Assembly (NCBI GenBank): GCA_030149205.1
Contig: JASBSB010000004.1
Coordinates: 180,001 to 212,000 of the forward strand
Reading direction: 5' to 3'
Source: Candidatus Heimdallarchaeota archaeon
GTDB lineage: Archaea > Asgardarchaeota > Heimdallarchaeia > Heimdallarchaeales > Kariarchaeaceae
DNA: 32,000 bases
Under the pieces are notes generated by a model that did not search any database, had not been told where the DNA came from, and worked only from the letters and a program-made list of their open reading frames with translations. Both the position numbers and the translations under genes were made by a program. Every line of letters begins with the position of its first letter. Position 1 is the first letter of the stretch. Positions 9,190 to 17,758 of this stretch are shown here, one piece after another.

Positions 9190-11517
9190 TTAGATTTCTT
9201 TAGTCTCATCAATAAATGAGAGAGGGAGTGATACCATTAATGGATACATTTGGATCATCGAAATTATTGGATCTACATACCTAATAATAGGTAAAGCAAA
9301 GTTATCATCCTGCCAAAAATATGGATGAGTGGCATATCCAATCAAACCGATACTCTGAAATTTAACAATATCAACTAAGGGTGGTAGAGGTTCTGCTTTA
9401 TCAATTTTACCAGTTTCCAAATTCCAAAACAACATACCAATTTGAATTGAAAGTTCCCCCAAATACTTTTTTATAGCAGTGGTATCTGAAAACTCTTCCT
9501 TTTCATTTTCTTCCATTACCATGCCTTCAAAATGTATCATTTGGTTATAGTAATCTTTAGAAACAGAAGAACTGAATGTCCATGATCCTTTAAGTGGATC
9601 TAATATATGTTTAAACAGTTTTGTTCTAATTTTAGATTGTTCCGTGTATAATTCAGAGTGAAGTAATTTCTCTAATGCTGGTAATTTATCTATGTTAAAT
9701 CTTAAGAATTTGTTTGGTTTAAATTCTTTACTCAAATGAAAATCAGAAGATCCTTTGTTGATTAAATATTCAATATAAGTTAGATTGATCATATAGGGAA
9801 TAGCTTTATTTTGTTGATTTCTAGTGAAATTAAACTGAATAACATAAGTGTGAAAATATACTACAATTGGACCTAGAATTAATATAGAGTCGGCCTTATG
9901 TTTTTCAAACTTATATAAAAAACTAAACCAATTCACTAAAAACTTTAAAATTATTTCAGATATTTCAAAATAGCCTATAAGATAATCTGGGATCAAGTCT
10001 CCAAAGTTATCAATATCAACCAAATATAACATTCTCGTTAAAGGGAATAAGATCAACGATTCAAATTGTTCATCAAAATTTTGAGAATTTAAAATCAATT
10101 TAAAATGCTCCTCAAATGGATATTGGTTTAAGAATATCTGTAGAATTAACTCAAACGAACTCTTTACCTCTGATGATTGTATTTCAATTAGTTCAAGGAT
10201 ATTCGAAAATAAATCTGGATCAAAAAATTTTGGCTGTCTAATCAAAAACAATGAATCTAGATATATTCTACGGAGGTAGTTCACAAAAATAGATTGAAAT
10301 TTGATTCTCCTTGAAAGCTCATTAATAAAATTGGGATCTGAAATATCTATTTCAAAGTTCTGTGACACATAAGTCCTACTAAGCTTTATATTAAAATCAA
10401 CTAGTAAATTTAATACTTCATTCCATCTATTCAATATTTCTGTGACAGCTTGTGATGATAATAATTTGTCAATTAACCTAATAAATGAAAATATACCTTG
10501 CATTATAATATCAAGGAACCTGATGTGAACTTTGGATTCCAAAAGAGATGAATGAATTATTGATAATGCTCTATTTAAGGAATAAGTACCTTGAAAAGTT
10601 TCCAAAGTTCGATTTAAAAAATCTGAGAGGATATCAACCCCAATGTTATTTATTAAGAGTGAGTCAACTGTTTTTAATTCAATCATTTTAATCATAAATC
10701 GCAGTTGATCCTTGGTTTTTTCCTCAAAGGTTTTTTGAAGATCATACAAAATTTTAATTCTTTGTTCGATTTTTGGAAGTGAGTTAAGACCAGAAATAAT
10801 CAGACTTCTAATATATAAAATATTTAAACAAACCCACGCAAGATTTGAGATCTTAAGACTTCGCAACGTTTGCTCAAAAAAATTATGAAAATAAGATAAA
10901 ATTGGGGTAAACTTCTCTTGAAGCTCATAATTATAACGGTTCTCTACGAATAACATCCTCAATATTTCATTATAAATTTCAAAAATTTCCAAAATAGATA
11001 TTGGAGTTGCCTCATAGATCTTTTCTGTTAAAAATTGTTTTATTTTATTTTTGTTGACATAGTTTGATTGTTTTGTACTCATTAAAAACTCTTCAACTAG
11101 TTTATAATCTTTAAATGAAGGTTTTTCAAAAACCAATGTTCTTAAAGCCTCTCGAAATCCTTCATCAATTTCAAACTTGGGAATGTTCCACCTGCTTGGT
11201 AACTTTTTGTTTATTAAAGTTAAACAATTATTGATATAATTAATTTCGAGCAAATCAGAGTTTGCAAAAAGTAAATGTCTTAAAAAGTCTCCTACAACAT
11301 CTAATTCCTCATTAATAAGAGAGGTCGAAAGTAAATGATCCTGAAGAATGGTTTGCAACTGATTTTTTATACGGTTTTCTTCTGATTCAGTTTTCAATAA
11401 ATCAATTATACCTTCCAATTTAGATATGTGAATTAAGCCTCTTGTTGGGTATTCATACCTGTTCAAATCCACTTTGTTCTCAACATATTGTATTATTGGA
11501 CAACGAAGAAACACCAA
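9190..11517 (-). CDS. Large hypothetical protein, probably mostly alpha-helical
   Basis: 775-codon stop-free frame in AT-rich DNA, rich in L/I/F/E/K, with no motif recognised. Start uncertain (TTG at 11517 or a GTG about 16 codons downstream). Confidence 0.7.
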   Translation of the reverse strand: MVFLRCPIIQYVENKVDLNRYEYPTRGLIHISKLEGIIDLLKTESEENRIKNQLQTILQDHLLSTSLINEELDVVGDFLRHLLFANSDLLEINYINNCLTLINKKLPSRWNIPKFEIDEGFREALRTLVFEKPSFKDYKLVEEFLMSTKQSNYVNKNKIKQFLTEKIYEATPISILEIFEIYNEILRMLFVENRYNYELQEKFTPILSYFHNFFEQTLRSLKISNLAWVCLNILYIRSLIISGLNSLPKIEQRIKILYDLQKTFEEKTKDQLRFMIKMIELKTVDSLLINNIGVDILSDFLNRTLETFQGTYSLNRALSIIHSSLLESKVHIRFLDIIMQGIFSFIRLIDKLLSSQAVTEILNRWNEVLNLLVDFNIKLSRTYVSQNFEIDISDPNFINELSRRIKFQSIFVNYLRRIYLDSLFLIRQPKFFDPDLFSNILELIEIQSSEVKSSFELILQIFLNQYPFEEHFKLILNSQNFDEQFESLILFPLTRMLYLVDIDNFGDLIPDYLIGYFEISEIILKFLVNWFSFLYKFEKHKADSILILGPIVVYFHTYVIQFNFTRNQQNKAIPYMINLTYIEYLINKGSSDFHLSKEFKPNKFLRFNIDKLPALEKLLHSELYTEQSKIRTKLFKHILDPLKGSWTFSSSVSKDYYNQMIHFEGMVMEENEKEEFSDTTAIKKYLGELSIQIGMLFWNLETGKIDKAEPLPPLVDIVKFQSIGLIGYATHPYFWQDDNFALPIIRYVDPIISMIQMYPLMVSLPLSFIDETKEI

Positions 11518-11688
11518 AGAACAAATTTCATATAACTATAAAAAAATTTTGGGAATTTTGAGTGTTAAAATCTGGTTTTTAGTTATTATTGATTGCGTCA
11601 ATAAATACTATTAGAATTACCCATCCAATTTAACAAATAATCTAATGAAAAAGAAAGAACTCTTAAACTTAGTTTGTTATGAAACCTT

Positions 11689-12249
11689 GTGAACTCTTCT
11701 GAAAATTCAGAAAATTTAACTGCAAAAGCGGTTATAATTGGTGATCCTGCTGTTGGTAAAACTTCAATAAAAAAAAGATATTTTGGGACTGGATTTCATG
11801 AAGAATATATAATGACCCTTGGGGCAGGTTTTTCCGTTAAGAAAATTCATCTCGATGATAATCGAGTATTAAAATTAAATGTATGGGATCTTGCTGGTCA
11901 GGAATCTTTCAATCAAGTTCGACCGGTATTTTATAAAGGAACCTCTGCACTTATTTTGGTCTTTGACCTTACAAACCAAGATTCATTTCAAAACTTAGAA
12001 AAATGGGTTACAGAATTTTGGAGTCACTCCGGAAGTCCAAACAATATCCCAGTAATACTTGTTGGAAACAAGTTAGATCTTCTTTCAAAGGAACCTAAAA
12101 TGGAGGATTATAAAGAATTTTGGAAAAAATTTCAATCGATTCATCCTCAATTTTCAGGTGGAAAGCTCTCGATTTTTACCTCTGCCAAAACTGGAGTAAA
12201 TATTAATGAAATGTTTGATAAACTAAAATCTATGATGAAATTAGATTAG
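11689..12249 (+). CDS. Rab-like small GTPase (Ras superfamily)
   Basis: G1 GDPAVGKT, G2 YIMT, G3 WDLAGQE, G4 NKLD and G5 SAK are all present. RabF-like segments: LGAGF, KLNVW, FYKGT, LVFDLT. No C-terminal cysteines. GTG start. Confidence 0.95.
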   Translation: MNSSENSENLTAKAVIIGDPAVGKTSIKKRYFGTGFHEEYIMTLGAGFSVKKIHLDDNRVLKLNVWDLAGQESFNQVRPVFYKGTSALILVFDLTNQDSFQNLEKWVTEFWSHSGSPNNIPVILVGNKLDLLSKEPKMEDYKEFWKKFQSIHPQFSGGKLSIFTSAKTGVNINEMFDKLKSMMKLD

Positions 12250-13004
12250 TCGTTTTTTATTGATCTTTTGTAAATTTCTCGTTTTGGTATTTTTTTCAAA
12301 GAGCTCCATAAGTGAATGACTGACTGGCCATCAACATAAATTAAATTATTGTCTTCCGCATAGGATATAGCCTTCTCAATGCTTAAGGCTTTATTAGTCT
12401 CAGAATCAAGCATTTCACAGACGGTGATTGACATTGAATTCTTAGTTAGATCACATAAAGCAAGACCAAGTTCTGTGTGTCCAAGTCGAGAACGTAACAA
12501 CCCATTTGCACCTCGAAGCAGGGGGACATGCCCTGGAATTCTAAATGTTTCACCCCAAAGATCCATTAAGTCTATTTTTGAGACAGGTTCACTCTGAAAC
12601 AATCGAGTTATCCTTCCGACCTCAGATATAGTTAGAGACCTATCTATGTCCGTAATTCCGGTGAATGATTTTGTATGGTTGATACTAACAGAGAAAGATG
12701 ACTTTGCACCATAAGGTAGTTGATGGTTATTCATCCTTCTTATAGTTGGAAAAAGTGAGGAAATTCTTTTGTAAATAATATCCATAAATGGAAGTTCTAA
12801 AACCCTGCATAATTCATCGGGGATTGCACAACAAATTAGGCCCCCTGCATCATTACGCATCTGTGCTACAATTTGAGGAGATACATGTTCAGAAGGCATG
12901 ATCATGTCAATCTCTCCCTCCCTATTGTCATCGTCATAAAGAAGTATGGGTTTTCCCTGTGCCCAAGAATCTTTTATTCCTTTTAATGATTCAAAAATAT
13001 TCAT
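12246..13004 (-). CDS. ribB: 3,4-dihydroxy-2-butanone 4-phosphate synthase, archaeal type
   Basis: YDDDNREGEIDM, MRNDAGGLIC, YGAKSSFSVSINH, TGITDIDRSLTI, FRIPGHV, RLGHTE and CEML. The stop codon overlaps the stop of the convergent GTPase gene. Confidence 0.93.
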   Translation of the reverse strand: MNIFESLKGIKDSWAQGKPILLYDDDNREGEIDMIMPSEHVSPQIVAQMRNDAGGLICCAIPDELCRVLELPFMDIIYKRISSLFPTIRRMNNHQLPYGAKSSFSVSINHTKSFTGITDIDRSLTISEVGRITRLFQSEPVSKIDLMDLWGETFRIPGHVPLLRGANGLLRSRLGHTELGLALCDLTKNSMSITVCEMLDSETNKALSIEKAISYAEDNNLIYVDGQSVIHLWSSLKKIPKREIYKRSIKND

Positions 13005-13168
13005 TGATTAATAGCTATTGTGAGACAATCTTTATTAATTTTTGATTCTTTAACAAATTATTATTTCAATAAACTGCAATTATGAAGCGAAGAGTATTTA
13101 AAGGGGGATGACTTTCCTATTCTGTAGGTAGTCCTGTATTTCTTATGGGTTCATGAAGGGTTTAATAT

Positions 13169-14161
13169 ATGGTATTTAGAGAGGAACAAAAAGATATATT
13201 CATCAATAATTTTTTAGCATACATGGAGATTGAAAAAGGAGCGTCAAAAAATACCATCCGTGGCTATGCACATGACTTATACTCTTTAACTGAATTTCTG
13301 TATGCCCATAAGTATATACATTCAAAAGAAATCATAGAGTGGGGAAACATTTCAATTTTTCATTTAAGAGGATTTTTAGCTTATCTCCATACGCAGAAAG
13401 CAAACAAAGCTTCTAGTATTCATAGAAGAGTTTGTTCACTTAAAGGGTTCTTTAAATTTTTAGAGGCTAACAATGCCATTGAGAGTGACCCTGCTAAGGA
13501 TCTTTCATATCCTAAAAGAGCAAAATCACTACCCAAATTTCTTCCAACAACAGATATGCAGTCCCTATTGGATATAGAAGCAAAAACGAAACTTCACAAA
13601 ACAATTATGGAGGTACTATACTCCACTGGAGCGAGATGTAATGAAGTTCGAAATATGAATTTAGTTGATATAGAATTTGGTTTCAAAGATTTCATTAATG
13701 ATACTGGAGAGACAATTAAGGTGTCAACCGGACAAATAATTATACGTGGAGGAAAAGGAGGAAAAGATAGGTTAGTACTTTTGACCCCTAGGGCTGCAAA
13801 TATCCTTAAAGATTACATTAATACAGAAAGAAATTTGATGATCCAGAGAGCTAAGGATAAATTTGGGTCTGTAAATGCCGATACAGAAGAAGCTCTCTTT
13901 CTAAGCAATAGAGGTAAAAGAGTAGCAAATAGGACAATCCAACACTTCATATCAAAGCTCTCAAAAGAAGCAGGAGTTAGACACACCACCCCACACATGA
14001 TTCGGCACTCATTTGCATCTCATTTAGTAATGAATAAAACAAACATCAGAGCTATCCAACAATTATTGGGTCATGCATCATTAGATACTACCCAAATATA
14101 TGCAAACATAACACCAGACTATCTAAGATCAGAATTTGATGGTAATTTACCAATAAAGTGA
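13169..14161 (+). CDS. xerA: Xer-family tyrosine recombinase (XerA-like)
   Basis: N-terminal SKNTIRGYAHDL and SSIHRRVCSLKGFFKFL. Catalytic set: R (STGARCNE), K (GKGGKDR), HxxR (PHMIRHSFASHL), H (LLGHASL) and Y (TTQIY). Confidence 0.9.
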   Translation: MVFREEQKDIFINNFLAYMEIEKGASKNTIRGYAHDLYSLTEFLYAHKYIHSKEIIEWGNISIFHLRGFLAYLHTQKANKASSIHRRVCSLKGFFKFLEANNAIESDPAKDLSYPKRAKSLPKFLPTTDMQSLLDIEAKTKLHKTIMEVLYSTGARCNEVRNMNLVDIEFGFKDFINDTGETIKVSTGQIIIRGGKGGKDRLVLLTPRAANILKDYINTERNLMIQRAKDKFGSVNADTEEALFLSNRGKRVANRTIQHFISKLSKEAGVRHTTPHMIRHSFASHLVMNKTNIRAIQQLLGHASLDTTQIYANITPDYLRSEFDGNLPIK

Positions 14162-14283
14162 CCAATTTTCATTTTCATATCATAAATCAATAAATTAAAC
14201 AATTTTCTTTATATTACGAGGATAATGTCTGACCTAGATACAAATTAATATATTAAATTAAAGTGAGTATTAATTGAGATTTT

Positions 14284-15165
14284 ATGAGTAAAAAAACTCC
14301 AGAGATTGTACTTGATCGTACAACACTCCCTTTAACTTCTTCTGAGGTACCGGTTTCACCACAGATGGCACAAAGAGTTACCCAAGATTTTGAGGTCAAA
14401 AGCACCTTAAAAAAGATTAAGAAAACAATAGTCGTTCAGAGTGGAAAAGGTGGGGTTGGAAAATCCACTGTAACATATAATTTGGCATTAGCATTTGCGA
14501 AAAAGGGTTATACTGTTGGAATTATGGATGCTGATGTCACAGGTCCAAGTATACCTCTCATGGCGGGGTTGGAAAACCAATATGCAAAAATCAATCAAAG
14601 AAAAATTATTCCCACCGAAATTAACGGCATTCATATTATAAGCATGGATTTACTCTTGAATCAAGAAACACCTGTAATATGGAGGGGGCCACTGAAAATA
14701 GCTGCTCTTAAACAATTTTTATCTGATGTTATGTGGCCAGAACTTGATATATTGTTTATAGATCTTCCTCCAGGTACAAGTGATGAACCATTAACTATTG
14801 CTCAATTGTTTGAAAATGTAACTGGAACAGTCATCGTTACCACCCCACAGAAAGTTGCTACTCATGATGTACAAAAATCAATTGGTTTTGCAAATAAAGT
14901 GGGAATGCCCATAATTGGAATTATCGAAAATATGTCTGGTTTAACATGTCCACATTGTGGAGAGTTAGTTCCTGTATTCAAGATAGGTGGAGGAAAAAAA
15001 ATGGCTGAAAAACTAGGATTGGTGTTTTTAGGAGCTATCCCCTTGGAACCTGAGTTGGTTATAAAATCAGATAATGGAGAAAATCTTTTGACCGAGGATA
15101 ACAAATTTGCGGAGTCGTTTGATAAAATAACTGAAAAAGTTGGAAAAATGCTGCAACTCAACTAA
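14284..15165 (+). CDS. mrp: Mrp/NBP35/ApbC Fe-S cluster carrier ATPase
   Basis: SGKGGVGKST, DADVTGPSIP, VIWRGP, DLPPGTSDE, VTTPQ and ENMS..CPHC. Confidence 0.95.
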   Translation: MSKKTPEIVLDRTTLPLTSSEVPVSPQMAQRVTQDFEVKSTLKKIKKTIVVQSGKGGVGKSTVTYNLALAFAKKGYTVGIMDADVTGPSIPLMAGLENQYAKINQRKIIPTEINGIHIISMDLLLNQETPVIWRGPLKIAALKQFLSDVMWPELDILFIDLPPGTSDEPLTIAQLFENVTGTVIVTTPQKVATHDVQKSIGFANKVGMPIIGIIENMSGLTCPHCGELVPVFKIGGGKKMAEKLGLVFLGAIPLEPELVIKSDNGENLLTEDNKFAESFDKITEKVGKMLQLN

Positions 15166-16364
15166 TGTTTAACAGCTTTAATTTCATCAATATCTATTTT
15201 TAAATTTTTAAAAGCATGTTCAAGGTCATCGAGTAAATCTTCAATGTCTTCTATTCCCACACTCAGCCTTACTAAACCATCTTTAATTCCTCGTTCTAAT
15301 CTTTCATCTGGAGTATAAGAACCATGAGTCATTGAAGGAGGGTATTCTGCAAGACTTTCAACACCTCCTAGAGACTCTGCTAAAGTAAAATATTTCAGGT
15401 GAGATAGAAACTCATTGGCCATTTCTTTTCCACCAACAATATCAAATGAAATCATCCCTCCACCAAATTTCATTTGTTTTTTTGCAATATCTGAATTTTT
15501 GTGTGGTGAGTAGAATGGATAATAAAGCTCCTCTACATGACCTTCATCGATTTTACCTTCTAAGAACCTCATAACTTTCTCTGCATTTGAACTATGTCTT
15601 TCCATTCTAATTCCTAAGGTCTTAATCCCCCTTAGAACCAACCAACAATCAAATGGGGAAGGAACAGCGCCACCTGCATTTTGTAAAAATTTTAATCGTT
15701 CATATAACTCAGAATTATTTGTTATCAATGCACCACCAATCACATCTGAATGACCTCCAATGTATTTTGTGGTTGAATGCATTACTATGTCTATCCCCAT
15801 ATCTAAGGGATTTTGTAGAAATGGTGTGGCAAATGTATTATCAACGACGGAAATCAAATTATTGGATTTACAAATGTTTGAAATGGCTTGAATGTCACTA
15901 ATTTTTAGGAGTGGATTTGAAGGAGTTTCAAACCAAACCATTTTAGTTGAGGAGGTGATGGCGTTGGTAATGTTTGTTAATTTTGTTGTGTCTACAAATG
16001 AATATGTAACTCCAAAGTTTTTCATAACTTTATCAAAGAACCTGAATGTCCCTCCATATACATCATCACCAACAATAACATGATCCCCCTTCTTCAGTAG
16101 TAATTGAAGGGTAGTTGTGGTTGCCGAACCAGAGGCAAAAGCTAACGCATATTTTCCATTTTCTAAACTTGCTAAATTAGTTTCTAATATTTGTCGAGTA
16201 GGATTACCAGTTCTACTATATTCAAATCCTTTGTGGTTTCCAACTCCATCTTGTTTGAAGGTGGAAGATAAATGAATAGGAGGAACTACAGCTCCAGTTT
16301 CCTTATCTGCTTCTTGGCCTGAATGAATCGCACGGGTATTAAATTTCACAAATTTACAAATCAT
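15162..16364 (-). CDS. Cystathionine gamma-lyase/synthase family PLP enzyme
   Basis: TRAIHSGQ, YSRTGNPT, VYGGT, WFETPSNP, VDNTFATP, HSTTKYIGGHSD (PLP lysine) and AESLGGVESL. Start trimmed to ATG 16364 (GTG 16349 also possible) because the track's first 25 codons are non-conserved and overlap the next gene. Confidence 0.92.
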   Translation of the reverse strand: MICKFVKFNTRAIHSGQEADKETGAVVPPIHLSSTFKQDGVGNHKGFEYSRTGNPTRQILETNLASLENGKYALAFASGSATTTTLQLLLKKGDHVIVGDDVYGGTFRFFDKVMKNFGVTYSFVDTTKLTNITNAITSSTKMVWFETPSNPLLKISDIQAISNICKSNNLISVVDNTFATPFLQNPLDMGIDIVMHSTTKYIGGHSDVIGGALITNNSELYERLKFLQNAGGAVPSPFDCWLVLRGIKTLGIRMERHSSNAEKVMRFLEGKIDEGHVEELYYPFYSPHKNSDIAKKQMKFGGGMISFDIVGGKEMANEFLSHLKYFTLAESLGGVESLAEYPPSMTHGSYTPDERLERGIKDGLVRLSVGIEDIEDLLDDLEHAFKNLKIDIDEIKAVKH

Positions 16365-16392
16365 AATTTTTACATAAATATATTTATAGCAG

Positions 16393-16698
16393 TTATTTAT
16401 TGAGTAATCTTTTCTTGGTGGTTTCTGCATCAAGTTCAACTTCGATTAGTTTATGGGGATTTGATGAGCCTGAAATGATTCGAATGGAGCTAGATGAGAT
16501 TCCAAGTAATTTCGATAATTTGTTTATGATTTCTTTGTTTGCTTTATTTCGAAATGGAGAACTTTTTACCTCAATAACAATCTGCTGATCCAAAAATTGA
16601 ATGTTAAATTTATTTTTCTGTGTCTTAACAATACAATGAAATCTCGAAAAATTTTCTTTGGTTTCCCAAATGGTATCATCTTTCAACAGATACTTCAA
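16393..16698 (-). CDS. DUF167 (YggU/UPF0235) family protein
   Basis: IEVKSSPFRNKANKEIINKLSKLLGISSSSIRIISGSSNPHKLIEV fits the family pattern V..PP..GKAN.ELI..LA..L.V....I.I..G..S..K.I.I. TTG start. Confidence 0.75.
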   Translation of the reverse strand: MKYLLKDDTIWETKENFSRFHCIVKTQKNKFNIQFLDQQIVIEVKSSPFRNKANKEIINKLSKLLGISSSSIRIISGSSNPHKLIEVELDAETTKKRLLNK

Positions 16699-16734
16699 AG
16701 ATGAATAGATTTTTCAAATTATCGTAAGAAACAT

Positions 16735-16749
16735 CGAAAAGGCTTATAA
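16735..16749 (+). promoter_or_regulatory. Putative BRE and TATA promoter for the profilin gene
   Basis: CGAAAA-GGC-TTATAA. The TATA box is about 30 nt upstream of ATG 16779, favouring that ATG over 16758. Confidence 0.5.
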
Positions 16750-16778
16750 CTGTTAAGATGTTGTGTTATGTGAGTACA

Positions 16779-17141
16779 ATGTCTTTCAACGAATTAGCAC
16801 AAAAAGCAGTAGGCGAAGGTACTATTGGAGTAGGGTTTTTAATAGACCGAACTGGAAATCAATTCTGGACAGTTGGAGAATGGCCAGGTTTTAATCCCCA
16901 AATGATTGTTGATGCTTGGCAAAAGGGGGAAAATGCAGTCCAAGTTGGTGACTTAAGGTTTAGTGTAATCAACAAAGGTGAAGATAGATTTGTAGCTACT
17001 AATCTGGCAGGACAAGGTCATATAATCTTGGCAAAATGTATGTTTTGGGATGGATACCTAATCACATGGTGTCCTGCTACAGTAGATAACCGTGTAGCTT
17101 TTGCAGAAATAGTAAAAATGGCAAATTCAGTAAGAGCATAA
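16779..17141 (+). CDS. Asgard-type profilin
   Basis: About 120 aa. GFLIDRTGNQFWTVGEW, VQVGDLRFSV and EDRFVATNLAGQGHIILAK match the profilin pattern as recalled from Loki profilin (IAII.KDG...TENW; ERKIGTNITGKGHVLI). The ORF track starts 7 codons earlier, at 16758. Confidence 0.85.
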   Translation: MSFNELAQKAVGEGTIGVGFLIDRTGNQFWTVGEWPGFNPQMIVDAWQKGENAVQVGDLRFSVINKGEDRFVATNLAGQGHIILAKCMFWDGYLITWCPATVDNRVAFAEIVKMANSVRA

Positions 17142-17190
17142 GCACTTACCGACTCATAAGACTTAAGTATAAGATTTTCTAAATATATTT

Positions 17191-17751
17191 GTGTCATTCT
17201 TTAAAAGAAAGAAAAAAGAGATTCAACCTTCTTCTATTGCCCATAATTCTTTGATCAAAATTATTCCTAACTATCGAGGATATGAAATATTAAATAATAG
17301 GAAAATAACTGATGAGGCAATTAGAGGATATTTTGCAAGTTTAATACTAGATTTGAAAAATAAATTCACTAAAATCAATACTATTCTTCTTACTAGAAAA
17401 ATGTTGAACGTATGGAATCTCAGTAGTGTTGTCCTGAAAAAGTTGGAAGAAATTAATGTATTAATGACAGCTTCAATGGATGATGTTTATGGACATAGCA
17501 CTTTCTTTGATTCTGAAAAGATTGAAGATTGGATTGAAGTATCTGTATTCTATGTGTTAGAGACAGAATCTCTTTCTTTCATTAATCAAATTCAACAACA
17601 GATTGATGAAGTGTTAGAGTATCTACAACATGATAAAATTTTCAGCATTGAAAAATCTCTTTTAGATCTAAAGAAAAATATTGATGAGGTGTATTATTTA
17701 CTTCATGATAGAGCCGAATTAATTTCATCATTTGAAATAATGATAGTATAA
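17191..17751 (+). CDS. Conserved hypothetical helical protein
   Basis: IPNYRGY and YGHSTFFDSEKIE resemble, from memory, an uncharacterised archaeal/bacterial family (IPGYxGY...YGxxxFFD..KI). GTG start. Confidence 0.6.
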   Translation: MSFFKRKKKEIQPSSIAHNSLIKIIPNYRGYEILNNRKITDEAIRGYFASLILDLKNKFTKINTILLTRKMLNVWNLSSVVLKKLEEINVLMTASMDDVYGHSTFFDSEKIEDWIEVSVFYVLETESLSFINQIQQQIDEVLEYLQHDKIFSIEKSLLDLKKNIDEVYYLLHDRAELISSFEIMIV

Positions 17752-17758
17752 ACTCAAA

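Noticed and set aside
13017-13029. ATTGT-GAG-ACAAT inverted repeat upstream of ribB as a riboflavin regulon operator
   Set aside because: Only 5-bp arms, and I could not find a matching motif upstream of ribC, ribH or the reductase.
13169-14161. Tyrosine recombinase as integrase of a provirus or genomic island
   Set aside because: No adjacent tRNA, att-like direct repeats, viral, replication or transfer genes are visible; the flanks are ribB and mrp.
14245-14256. Perfect palindrome TTAATATATTAA downstream of xerA as a Xer site
   Set aside because: It is pure A/T, lacks 11-6-11 geometry, and sits about 30 nt before the mrp start, so a TATA element or chance is more likely.
12246-15165. Interlocking stop codons of convergent pairs (12246-12249 and 15162-15165)
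   Set aside because: Real, but common in compact AT-rich archaeal genomes; no evidence of a special function.
16365-16439. 25-codon N-terminal extension of the cystathionine lyase in the ORF track
   Set aside because: It is non-conserved and overlaps the DUF167 gene; family similarity starts at KFNTRAIH.
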